A program made the position numbers and the translations under genes. DNA of 64,000 nt. It comes from Myxococcota bacterium. GTDB taxonomy: Bacteria; Myxococcota_A; UBA9160; UBA4427. Under the pieces are notes generated by a model. It saw nothing but the letters and a program-made list of their open reading frames with translations. It was not told the origin of the DNA and made no database searches. The stretch spans positions 2,937-66,936 of the forward strand of contig JAYGDB010000143.1 in the NCBI GenBank assembly GCA_046583095.1, given 5' to 3'. This document shows positions 57,097 through 64,000 of the stretch, piece by piece (position 1 is the stretch's first letter; each line of letters opens with the position of its first letter).

Positions 57097-57489
57097 ATGA
57101 GCGCGCTGGCCGTGTTCTGCGTCGCAACCGTGCTGTTTCTCGTTCCCCGCGACCTCTTCTTCGCCGAAACTCGCGACGTCGAGGTCTGGCTGGGATTCGA
57201 GCTTCGAGGAACGTCCGCGTTGGCTACAGCTCCGATTCACTGGGCCATCTTTCTCGTCGGCGCCTGGGGGTTCTGGTTTCGGCGCCCCTGGATCCTTCCG
57301 TGCGCTGCCGGCTACGTCTTCTACGTTTCACTGAGCCATCTGATCTGGAGCGAGGCCAGCCCCAATGGGACCGGCTGGCCCATGGGCCTCGTGCAGGCTC
57401 TGGCGATTGCATTACCGGGCGCCCTGCTCCTACGCGCTCACCGCCAGACGAAGCGCGAACGGGCAGCGAATACGACCGCAAGAGACTGA
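57097..57489 (+). CDS. hypothetical membrane protein (about 4 TM)
   Basis: Hydrophobic helices (ALAVFCVATVLFLV, IHWAIFLVGAWGFWF, LPCAAGYVFYVSL, LVQALAIALPGALLL). High GC3. Confidence 0.5.
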   Translation: MSALAVFCVATVLFLVPRDLFFAETRDVEVWLGFELRGTSALATAPIHWAIFLVGAWGFWFRRPWILPCAAGYVFYVSLSHLIWSEASPNGTGWPMGLVQALAIALPGALLLRAHRQTKRERAANTTARD

Positions 57490-57492
57490 CGC

Positions 57493-57633
57493 GTGTTGTT
57501 CGAAAGCGATCGACACGAAGCGCTCCGGGATGTCTCTTGGGACGCGGCCGCGGCACGCGATGCGATCGAGCGTATCGCGCTGGATTCGACAATGGCGTTC
57601 GAAGCCGAGGGACTGTGGCCGGGTCAGCGTCGA
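57493..57633 (+). pseudogene. possible 5' remnant of a truncated gene
   Basis: About 47 codons with host-like G/C-ending codon usage (MLFESDRHEALRDVSWDAAAARDAIERIALDSTMAFEAEGLWP). The frame then runs into A/T-rich sequence that looks non-coding and stops at 57756. Confidence 0.3.
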
Positions 57634-57807
57634 AATTCATGGATTTCTCTTCCTGTCCGAGGGACTTTTCGAGCAGAGTTCCCGGCCGCGATTATAAACC
57701 GATTTACTGCTGCAATGCGCGTGGCAGGGGTTCGGCCAACGTGCAAATTGGAATAGCATTGCCCAGTAGGAGCCGAACCGGGCTTCCAACACCGAGGAGC
57801 AGAATCG

Positions 57808-59034
57808 ATGCCCCGCGAAGAACGGATCGTCCGCTACGGCGGCGCGATGTACGACCAGGCGGAGATCGACGCGGTGCTGGCCCAGTTGCACGATCCCATC
57901 GGCCTGCTGCCTGGCAAGAAGGTGGTCGAGTTCGAGCAGCGCGTCGCCGCGTACATGGGCAAGCAACACGGCGTGATGGTGAACTCGGGCTCTTCGGCGC
58001 TGATGTTGGCGATGCGGCTCGCCAACCTTCCCCCCGGATCGGAAGTCATTACGCCCGCCCTCACCTTCTCTTCGGACGTGGCGGCGATCTACCACGTCGA
58101 CTGCACTCCGGTCTTTCTCGACGTGGGGATCGACGACTACCAGGCACAGGTCGATCGGATCGAGGACGCGATCGGCGAGCAGACGCGGGCGATCCTGATC
58201 CCCGACCTGATGGGCGGCATCTGCGATTGGGACGAGGTGCGCGCCATCGCCGAGCGCCGCGGACTCTTCGTCATTCACGACAGTGCCGACACCCTGGGTG
58301 GAAGGCTGCGCGGGAGCCACACCGCTGCCCGTGCCGATATCTCGATCACGAGCTTCTCGCCCCACCACATCATCACCGCACTCGGGACGGGCGGCATGGT
58401 GTTCTTCGACGACGACGCCCTGCTCGACCGCGCCCTGGCTCTGCGTGCCTGGGGTCGCTCGTCGGAGAAGTTTCTCTACGGAAGCCGCCAGCAAGACAGC
58501 GACGGCCGCTTTCTCGAGGATCTCGACGGCATCGAGTACGACGGGCTCTTCATCTTCGAAGAGGAAGCCTACGGCTTCATCCCCTCCGAGTGTGGCGCCG
58601 CATTCGGCATCGAGCAGATGAACAAGATCGACAGGCTCTGGAAGCTGCGCGAGGAGCGCTTCCGCTGGCACACGGAGTTCCTCCGCGGGCACGAGGAGAA
58701 GCTCGTCCTGCCCAGCATTCTTCCGGATACGGAGACGACCTGGCTCTGCTATCCGATCCAGATCCGCCCGGAGACGGGCCTGGGGCGCCGCCACTTCCAA
58801 CGGACCCTCGAGGACGCGGGCATCATGTGCCGCGTAATCTTCTCGGGCAACATCACACGCCACCCGATGATGGACGGAAAGTCCTACCGCGTGCACCCGG
58901 ATGGGCTCGCCAACTGCGACCGCATCATGGAGCAAGGCGTGATGCTCCCCTGTCACCCGACGTTGACCCGCGAGGATTGCGACTACGTCCACGAGGTGAT
59001 CGCCGAATTTCTCGCCGCCGACGGCGGAGCCTGA
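57808..59034 (+). CDS. DegT/DnrJ/EryC1/StrS-fold PLP/PMP enzyme, RfbH/ColD-like (His at the Schiff-base Lys position)
   Basis: VNSGSSALMLA and DSADTLG motifs. The SF-x-P-x-K region reads SFSPHHIIT (His186-His187, nt 58363-58368). 408 aa. Confidence 0.8.
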   Translation: MPREERIVRYGGAMYDQAEIDAVLAQLHDPIGLLPGKKVVEFEQRVAAYMGKQHGVMVNSGSSALMLAMRLANLPPGSEVITPALTFSSDVAAIYHVDCTPVFLDVGIDDYQAQVDRIEDAIGEQTRAILIPDLMGGICDWDEVRAIAERRGLFVIHDSADTLGGRLRGSHTAARADISITSFSPHHIITALGTGGMVFFDDDALLDRALALRAWGRSSEKFLYGSRQQDSDGRFLEDLDGIEYDGLFIFEEEAYGFIPSECGAAFGIEQMNKIDRLWKLREERFRWHTEFLRGHEEKLVLPSILPDTETTWLCYPIQIRPETGLGRRHFQRTLEDAGIMCRVIFSGNITRHPMMDGKSYRVHPDGLANCDRIMEQGVMLPCHPTLTREDCDYVHEVIAEFLAADGGA

Positions 59035-59084
59035 GCGACGATCGAGAGCGCCCAGGGCTGTTCCGGAGGGGCTCCTGGACCTCT

Positions 59085-59112
59085 TTGACAAGCACCGGCG
59101 CATTACTATACG
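59085..59112 (+). promoter_or_regulatory. sigma70-like promoter candidate for the acyl-CoA operon
   Basis: TTGACA (59085-59090), 16-nt spacer, TATACG (59107-59112). Followed by the inverted repeat ATACG-N8-CGTAT (59108-59125), 36 nt upstream of the ACAD start. Confidence 0.35.
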
Positions 59113-59147
59113 CTCCGTCTCGTATTTCTATCCGAAGAGGTGACGCC

Positions 59148-60329
59148 GTGGACTTCGACTTCTCGCCGGAAGAGCAGAAATTCGCCGACGAGGTCGAGCA
59201 GTGGCTCGTCGAGAACCACGATCCCGTCGTGATGGACCACCACCGCGAGAATTTCAGCCAGCTCTCGGATACGCCGGAGCGCCGGGCGTTCATGAAGAAG
59301 CTCGCCGCGCAGGGTTGGCTCGGGATGTCCTGGCCCAAGGAGTACGGCGGGCAGGAGATCGAGGGCGTATACGAGTTCATCCTGACCGAGGCGCTCGCCC
59401 GGCACGCCGCTCCGCAGATCGGCAAGGGCGTGGGCATCATCGGCAAGACGCTGATCCGCCACGGCAGCGAGAAGCTCAAGCAGGAATTCCTGCCGCAGAT
59501 CCTGACGGCCGAGGTCGAGTTCGCAGTGGGCTACAGCGAGCCCCAGGCCGGCTCGGACGCGGCCAACATGCAGCTCAAGGCCGAGAAGGTCGAGGGCGGC
59601 TGGAAGCTCAACGGCCAGAAGATGTGGACCACCTCGGCGCACTTTGCCGACTGGTACTGGCTGGGCGCGCGCACCGACCCCGACAAGCCCAAGCACGACG
59701 GCATCTCGCTCTTCCTGATCCCGATGGATCACCCGGGGCTCGAAATACAGAGCCTGCCCACCATCGGCAAGGACACCACCAACCAGGTCTTCTTCGAGGA
59801 TGTCTTCGTTCCGGACGACTACCTGGTTGGCAAGCGCGGGCGCGGCTTTCAGATGATCTCCGAGGCGCTCGATCTCGAGCGCTTCACGATGTTCACGCTC
59901 TCTCCGATCGCGGGTCGCACCGAGGTGCTCGTCGACTGGGTGAAGCAGACGAAGCGCGACGACAAGCCGCTCAAGGACGACCCGAACGTACGCCGCACGA
60001 TCGCGCACATCGTGACCGACACGGCCGTCGCGAAGGGGTTGAGCACGCGCTTCCTGTGCGCTGCGAAGGACGGTGGCAAGCCGCCGTCGATCCAGTCGTC
60101 GCAGTACAAGCTCTTCACCACCACGCTTTCGCAGCGCGTCTGCAAGGACGCGTTGGACATCACGGGCCACGAGGGGACGATCATGGAGGGGCAAGAAGAA
60201 GCACCCCTTCTCGGTCGCTTCGAGGGCGCCTATCGCGCGACCATGAACGAGACGGTCGGCGGCGGGGCCTCGGAGATCCAGAAGAACATCATCGCCCGGC
60301 GCCACCTCGGACTGCCGAAAAACTTCTAG
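59148..60329 (+). CDS. acyl-CoA dehydrogenase family protein (subunit 1 of a pair)
   Basis: GTG start after GAAGAGG. ACAD motifs YSEPQAGSD and GQKMWTTSA. C-terminal ETVGGGASEIQKNIIAR. Confidence 0.9.
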   Translation: MDFDFSPEEQKFADEVEQWLVENHDPVVMDHHRENFSQLSDTPERRAFMKKLAAQGWLGMSWPKEYGGQEIEGVYEFILTEALARHAAPQIGKGVGIIGKTLIRHGSEKLKQEFLPQILTAEVEFAVGYSEPQAGSDAANMQLKAEKVEGGWKLNGQKMWTTSAHFADWYWLGARTDPDKPKHDGISLFLIPMDHPGLEIQSLPTIGKDTTNQVFFEDVFVPDDYLVGKRGRGFQMISEALDLERFTMFTLSPIAGRTEVLVDWVKQTKRDDKPLKDDPNVRRTIAHIVTDTAVAKGLSTRFLCAAKDGGKPPSIQSSQYKLFTTTLSQRVCKDALDITGHEGTIMEGQEEAPLLGRFEGAYRATMNETVGGGASEIQKNIIARRHLGLPKNF

Positions 60330-60337
60330 AGGACCCG

Positions 60338-61456
60338 ATGGATCTCGATCTCAGCGAAGAGCAGCAGATGATCATCGACATGACGCGTGGAATGCTCGAG
60401 GAGCATTGCACGGTCGATGTCGTCCGCAGCGTGGAAGACGACCCGAAGGGCTATCCCGACGAACTCTGGAAGCAGATGGGAGAACTCGGCCTCAATGGGC
60501 TGCTGATTCCCGAGAGCTACGGGGGCGGCGGCCTGGGTGTGCTCGAAGCAGCGCACGTCTACGAGGAGCTCGGGCGAGCGATGGCGCCGGTCCCCCACTT
60601 CGTGAGCTGTGTGATGGCCGCCGGCGTCCTGATGGAGGCCGGCAGTGACGTGCAGAAGGACGAGTGGCTGCCGAAGCTCGCCGACGGCTCCGCGATCCTG
60701 ACACCGGCCTGGTACGAGCCGGATCACGGCCAGGGCGAACTCGGCGTCCAACTCGAGGCGAAGCGCGATGGGGACGACTACGTGTTGAACGGCGTGAAGC
60801 GCTCGGTCCCCTACGCGAGCGCGGCAGATCGCCTGCTGGTGCTCGCCCGTTCGGACGCCGGAGTCGAGCTGCTGCTCGTCGATCCCGACGCCGAGGGGGT
60901 CACGTCCACCTTCTTCAAGTCGCAGGGGCGCGAACCGCACTACCGCATCGATTTCGAAGGGGTTCGCGTGACCGCGAGCGACCGGATCGGAGAGCCGGGG
61001 TCGGGCTGGAAGACGTGGAACAAGGTGATGCTCGACGGCATCATCCTGATCGCCGCACAGGCGATTGGCGGGGCCGACCGCTGCCTGATGGAGACCGTCG
61101 AGTACGCGAACGAGCGCGTGCAGTTCGACAAGCCGCTCGGCGCCTTCCAAGCGCTCGCGCACTACATGGCCGACGCCTCGACCCACATCGAAGGCGGCCG
61201 TGTGCTCGTGCACGAGGCCGCGTGGAATCGCGCGCAGGGTCGATCGATCGCCCGGCTGGCGCCAATGGCGAAGCTCTTCTGCTGCGAAACGTACCGCGAG
61301 ACGACGCGGGTTTGTGCGCAGATCTGGGGCGGCGTCGCATTCACGATCGAGTACGACCAGCAGATGTTCTTCCGGCGCGCCAAGCACCTGCAACTCTCGT
61401 GGTGGGACACACCTTACCTGGAGGAACTCGTCGCGGCGGATGTCCTCGATTCCTGA
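60338..61456 (+). CDS. acyl-CoA dehydrogenase family protein (subunit 2 of a pair)
   Basis: ACAD fold (GLLIPESYGGGG...IWGGVAFTIEYD). The C-terminal catalytic-base region is divergent (SWWDTPYLEEL). Confidence 0.87.
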   Translation: MDLDLSEEQQMIIDMTRGMLEEHCTVDVVRSVEDDPKGYPDELWKQMGELGLNGLLIPESYGGGGLGVLEAAHVYEELGRAMAPVPHFVSCVMAAGVLMEAGSDVQKDEWLPKLADGSAILTPAWYEPDHGQGELGVQLEAKRDGDDYVLNGVKRSVPYASAADRLLVLARSDAGVELLLVDPDAEGVTSTFFKSQGREPHYRIDFEGVRVTASDRIGEPGSGWKTWNKVMLDGIILIAAQAIGGADRCLMETVEYANERVQFDKPLGAFQALAHYMADASTHIEGGRVLVHEAAWNRAQGRSIARLAPMAKLFCCETYRETTRVCAQIWGGVAFTIEYDQQMFFRRAKHLQLSWWDTPYLEELVAADVLDS

Positions 61457-61480
61457 GGCACCTGCCAGCCGGGACGCAGC

Positions 61481-62650
61481 ATGTCGATTCCCCCTGCCCT
61501 CGACGGCGTGACCGTGCTCGACCTGGCCTCGGTCGGGCCCGCGGCGCGTTGCTCGCGCATCCTCGCGGACTACGGGGCGCGGGTCGTGAAGGTGGGCACG
61601 CCTCCCCGCAAGGCAGGCGTGCAGGTAGAGCCGCACTACCACGCGTATTCGGGCTCTCGTTGGATGCAGCGCGTGCGCATCGACCTCAAGGCGCCGGCCG
61701 GAAAGGCCGCCTTCCTGAGACTCGTCGAAAAGGCGGACGTGGTGATCGAAAGCCTGCGGCCCGGCAGCGCGAAGCGCCTGGGCCTGGGCTACGACGACTT
61801 GCACGCCTTGAACCCGCGCATCGTCTATTGCTCGACCAGCGGCTACGGACAGAGCGGCCCCATGTCGGCGTGGGCGGGGCACGACATCAACTACCTGGCC
61901 GTGGGCGGGTTCCTGCACACGTCCAACCGACGCGCCGACGGCGGGCCCCCGCTCCCCGGCGCCACCGTGGCCGACAGCGCGGCCGGCGGCATGCACGCGG
62001 CCCTGGCGATCCTGGCGGCGCTGCTGCGACGCGCAAAGACCGGCGAGGGCGAGTACCTGGACGTCTCCGTGACCGAGGGCGTCCTTTCGCTGATGGCGCT
62101 GAACATCGACCAGCACCTGGCGACGGGTGCCGAACCCGGCCCGGGCCACGACATCCTGACCGGCCGCTACGCGTGCTACGACACCTACGAGGCGGCCGAC
62201 GGCAAGTGGCTCGCGGTGGGTGCCATCGAGCCGCGCTTCTACGCGAACCTCTGCAAGGCGCTCGACTGCGAGGACTGGCTCGAGCGCCAACTCGACGATG
62301 AAGTCCAGGAGGACATCCGCGCCGCCTTCCGCGCGGCGTTCGCGAAGCGAACCCGGGACGAGTGGGTCGCGGACCTCTCGCCCAACGACACCTGCGTGGC
62401 CCCCGTCTACACGATTGCCGAATTGGCCGCCGACACGCACCTCCAGGGCCGCGGCGCCTTCTGCGAGGCGACCCACCCCGAGAACGCGAGCTTCCGACAA
62501 CTCGCGCCGGTGCTCGCGGGCATGAAGCAGCCCGACGGGCCGGTCGACGCGCTCGTCGCGTCCGAGACCGACACCGACGAACTGCTGCGGGAAGCGGGCC
62601 TTTCCGCACGAGAGATCGAGGAACTGCGCGCCGACGGCGTCGTCGCCTGA
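61481..62650 (+). CDS. family III CoA-transferase / alpha-methylacyl-CoA racemase-like
   Basis: LDGVTVLDLASVGPAARCSRILADYGARVVKV N-terminus and GHDINY motif. Confidence 0.88.
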   Translation: MSIPPALDGVTVLDLASVGPAARCSRILADYGARVVKVGTPPRKAGVQVEPHYHAYSGSRWMQRVRIDLKAPAGKAAFLRLVEKADVVIESLRPGSAKRLGLGYDDLHALNPRIVYCSTSGYGQSGPMSAWAGHDINYLAVGGFLHTSNRRADGGPPLPGATVADSAAGGMHAALAILAALLRRAKTGEGEYLDVSVTEGVLSLMALNIDQHLATGAEPGPGHDILTGRYACYDTYEAADGKWLAVGAIEPRFYANLCKALDCEDWLERQLDDEVQEDIRAAFRAAFAKRTRDEWVADLSPNDTCVAPVYTIAELAADTHLQGRGAFCEATHPENASFRQLAPVLAGMKQPDGPVDALVASETDTDELLREAGLSAREIEELRADGVVA

Positions 62651-62670
62651 AGCGAGGAAGGAGTTCACCC

Positions 62671-63180
62671 ATGTCCGACCTGCCGGCCGAAGTCCAGGAG
62701 TGGATCGGCCAGAAGCTCTACCCGCTCGAGGGCGAATTCGACGTCGAGCAGGGCTACATCTTCACGACCTGTGCCTCCGTCGAGAACGGCAACCCGATCT
62801 ACTGGGAAGAGAAGGCGGCGAACGAGATCACGGACGGCGTGATCGCACCGCCGGCGATGATCTCGGCCTGGTTCCGTCCGCACTTCTGGGCGCCGAATCG
62901 CAGCGAGCAGGTGATGCCCCTCCAGGTGCACTTCGACCTGAAGGAAACCTTCGGGCTGCCGGAGGCCGTGATGAGCGACAACACGATCACCTTCGGCGAG
63001 CCGGTGCGACCCGGCGACCGGCTCTCCACCTGGCAGGTGCTTCGAACGGTGAGCGCAGAGAAGAAGACGAAGCTCGGCACCGGGCGCTTCTGGGACATCG
63101 ACGTCGAGTACGTCAACCAGCGCGGTGAGTGGGTGGGCACCGAGAGCTACACGGGCTACGGCTACCGGAGGGATTCGTGA
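62671..63180 (+). CDS. MaoC N-terminal-type (FAS1-like) hotdog dehydratase subunit
   Basis: 169 aa hotdog-fold protein. SD AGGAAGGAG upstream. The stop overlaps the next start (TGATG). Confidence 0.75.
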   Translation: MSDLPAEVQEWIGQKLYPLEGEFDVEQGYIFTTCASVENGNPIYWEEKAANEITDGVIAPPAMISAWFRPHFWAPNRSEQVMPLQVHFDLKETFGLPEAVMSDNTITFGEPVRPGDRLSTWQVLRTVSAEKKTKLGTGRFWDIDVEYVNQRGEWVGTESYTGYGYRRDS

Positions 63181-63671
63181 TGACCTACCAGATCCTGACC
63201 GCGGACCAGGTGAAGCCCGGCGACGAGCTCCCCGAACTCTCGAAGGACGTCTCACCCGTCACCGTGGTGCTGGGTGCCATGGCGAGCCGCGACTGGCGAC
63301 CCCAACACCACGACCACAAATTCGCGACCGAGAACAACGGTGTGCGCGACATCTTCATGAACACCCCGAATCTCGCAGCTTGGTTCGAGCGCTACATCAC
63401 CGACTGGACCGGTCCCTACGGCCGGGTGGGCTGGATCCGCTTTCGCATGCAGGACTCCGTCTTCCCGGGTGAGACGATGGTCTTCAGCGGCACGGTGAAG
63501 AGCGTCGACGTCGACGACACGGGATGCTCCTGGGTCGAGGCCGACCTCGAACTCGTCAGCGGCGGGCGCATCACCACCGTCTGCACGGCCCGTGTGGCGA
63601 TTCCCGCGCGTGAGGGCGACAACCCCTGGAAGCGGCGAGGCAACGACTGGGCGCCCCGCGCCGCGGCCTGA
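63180..63671 (+). CDS. MaoC-like hotdog (R)-hydratase subunit
   Basis: 163 aa with a hydratase-like segment HHDHKFATENNG..DIFMNT. Translationally coupled to the preceding hotdog gene. Confidence 0.75.
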   Translation: MTYQILTADQVKPGDELPELSKDVSPVTVVLGAMASRDWRPQHHDHKFATENNGVRDIFMNTPNLAAWFERYITDWTGPYGRVGWIRFRMQDSVFPGETMVFSGTVKSVDVDDTGCSWVEADLELVSGGRITTVCTARVAIPAREGDNPWKRRGNDWAPRAAA

Positions 63672-63708
63672 CGCGCGCCTCCGCAGCACGCGCGATAACC
63701 GGCAGGTT

Positions 63709-64000
63709 TCAGCCGCTCAGCCGGGGGTCGTAGGTGCCGAAGCTCCAGACGTGGCCTTCGGGATCGCGGCAGCTATAGCCCCGGCCGCCATGGCCCGCGT
63801 CCTCGAGTTCCATCAGGATCTCGGCACCAGCCTCCACCGCACGCGCGTGGTGGGCGTCCGCATCCTCGACGATGATGTAGCTGCCCCCAGAGACGCGTCC
63901 GCCGAGGTCCGACGGGGGTCTCACGGCCTCATCGTAAGCGTTGCCACCGTGGGAATTCGCAGAGCCGAGCATGATCATGTCGCTCCCGAGGAGCAACTGG
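63709..64000 (-). CDS. VOC/glyoxalase family protein (5' end beyond the window)
   Basis: C-terminal motif YSCRDPEGHVWSFGTYDP is typical of VOC proteins. The ORF runs off the window edge. Confidence 0.75.
   Translation of the reverse strand, partial: QLLLGSDMIMLGSANSHGGNAYDEAVRPPSDLGGRVSGGSYIIVEDADAHHARAVEAGAEILMELEDAGHGGRGYSCRDPEGHVWSFGTYDPRLSG

Noticed and set aside
57748-57762. Sigma-54 promoter (TTGGAATAGCATTGC) upstream of the RfbH-like gene
   Set aside because: Only 9 nt separate GG and GC instead of the strictly required 10. A TGGCAT...GCTGC candidate at about 42029-42045 also has the wrong spacing and no downstream gene on that strand.
1-64000. Scan for tRNA/rRNA genes, CRISPR arrays, transposases, integrases, toxin-antitoxin pairs, restriction-modification or known defence operons
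   Set aside because: I found no T-loop/acceptor-like tRNA structure in any intergenic gap, no repeat-spacer arrays, and no ORF with DDE/tyrosine-recombinase, RT, or methylase-plus-endonuclease motifs. The two methyltransferases are small-molecule/class I types without partner nucleases.

Overview
High-GC (about two-thirds G+C by eye) bacterial chromosomal segment, densely coding on both strands, with about 65 supportable genes. I found no rRNA, tRNA, CRISPR array, transposase, integrase or phage genes. The backbone is a complete Na+-translocating NADH:quinone oxidoreductase operon, nqrABCDEF-apbE-nqrM (22.9-30.0 kb, minus strand). Housekeeping genes include dtd, dcd, queG, greB, gpsA, a cyclophilin and a YhhQ-type queuosine-precursor transporter. 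There is an osmoprotectant-type ABC importer and many redox or acyl-CoA enzymes: ALDH, SDR, Zn-ADH, two family-III CoA-transferases, a BVMO, two amidohydrolase-2 proteins, a tungsten-type aldehyde:ferredoxin oxidoreductase with a MoaD-like gene, and two adjacent ACADs followed by two adjacent hotdog hydratase genes. Several secreted hydrolases are present (GH1, GH38, M48-PDZ, retropepsin-like-PDZ, matrixin, PI-PLC-like), and two of them end in PEP-CTERM sorting signals. Signalling genes include a non-RD Ser/Thr kinase fused to a cNMP-binding domain next to an LMW-PTP, and a 7TM-PAS hybrid histidine kinase. The best candidate for something undescribed is an unannotated 43-codon ORF (7324-7455). 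It encodes a hyperacidic peptive with no basic residue, lies 33 nt downstream of a sulfotransferase and 24 nt upstream of a DUF502 membrane protein, and has two Tyr in acidic, sulfation-like contexts. Its aromatic-xxP...E-x3-Y spacing is identical to PqqA/RRE-recognised RiPP precursors, so a RiPP-like or sulfopeptide module is possible. Other notable items are a 20-bp tandem repeat array abutting a methyltransferase start, an orphan Cas4-like Fe-S nuclease, a lysine-less (His) RfbH/ColD-like enzyme next to a gene remnant and A/T-rich DNA, and a lower-GC block around the hybrid kinase. All functional calls rest on motif recognition by eye. No database search was run.
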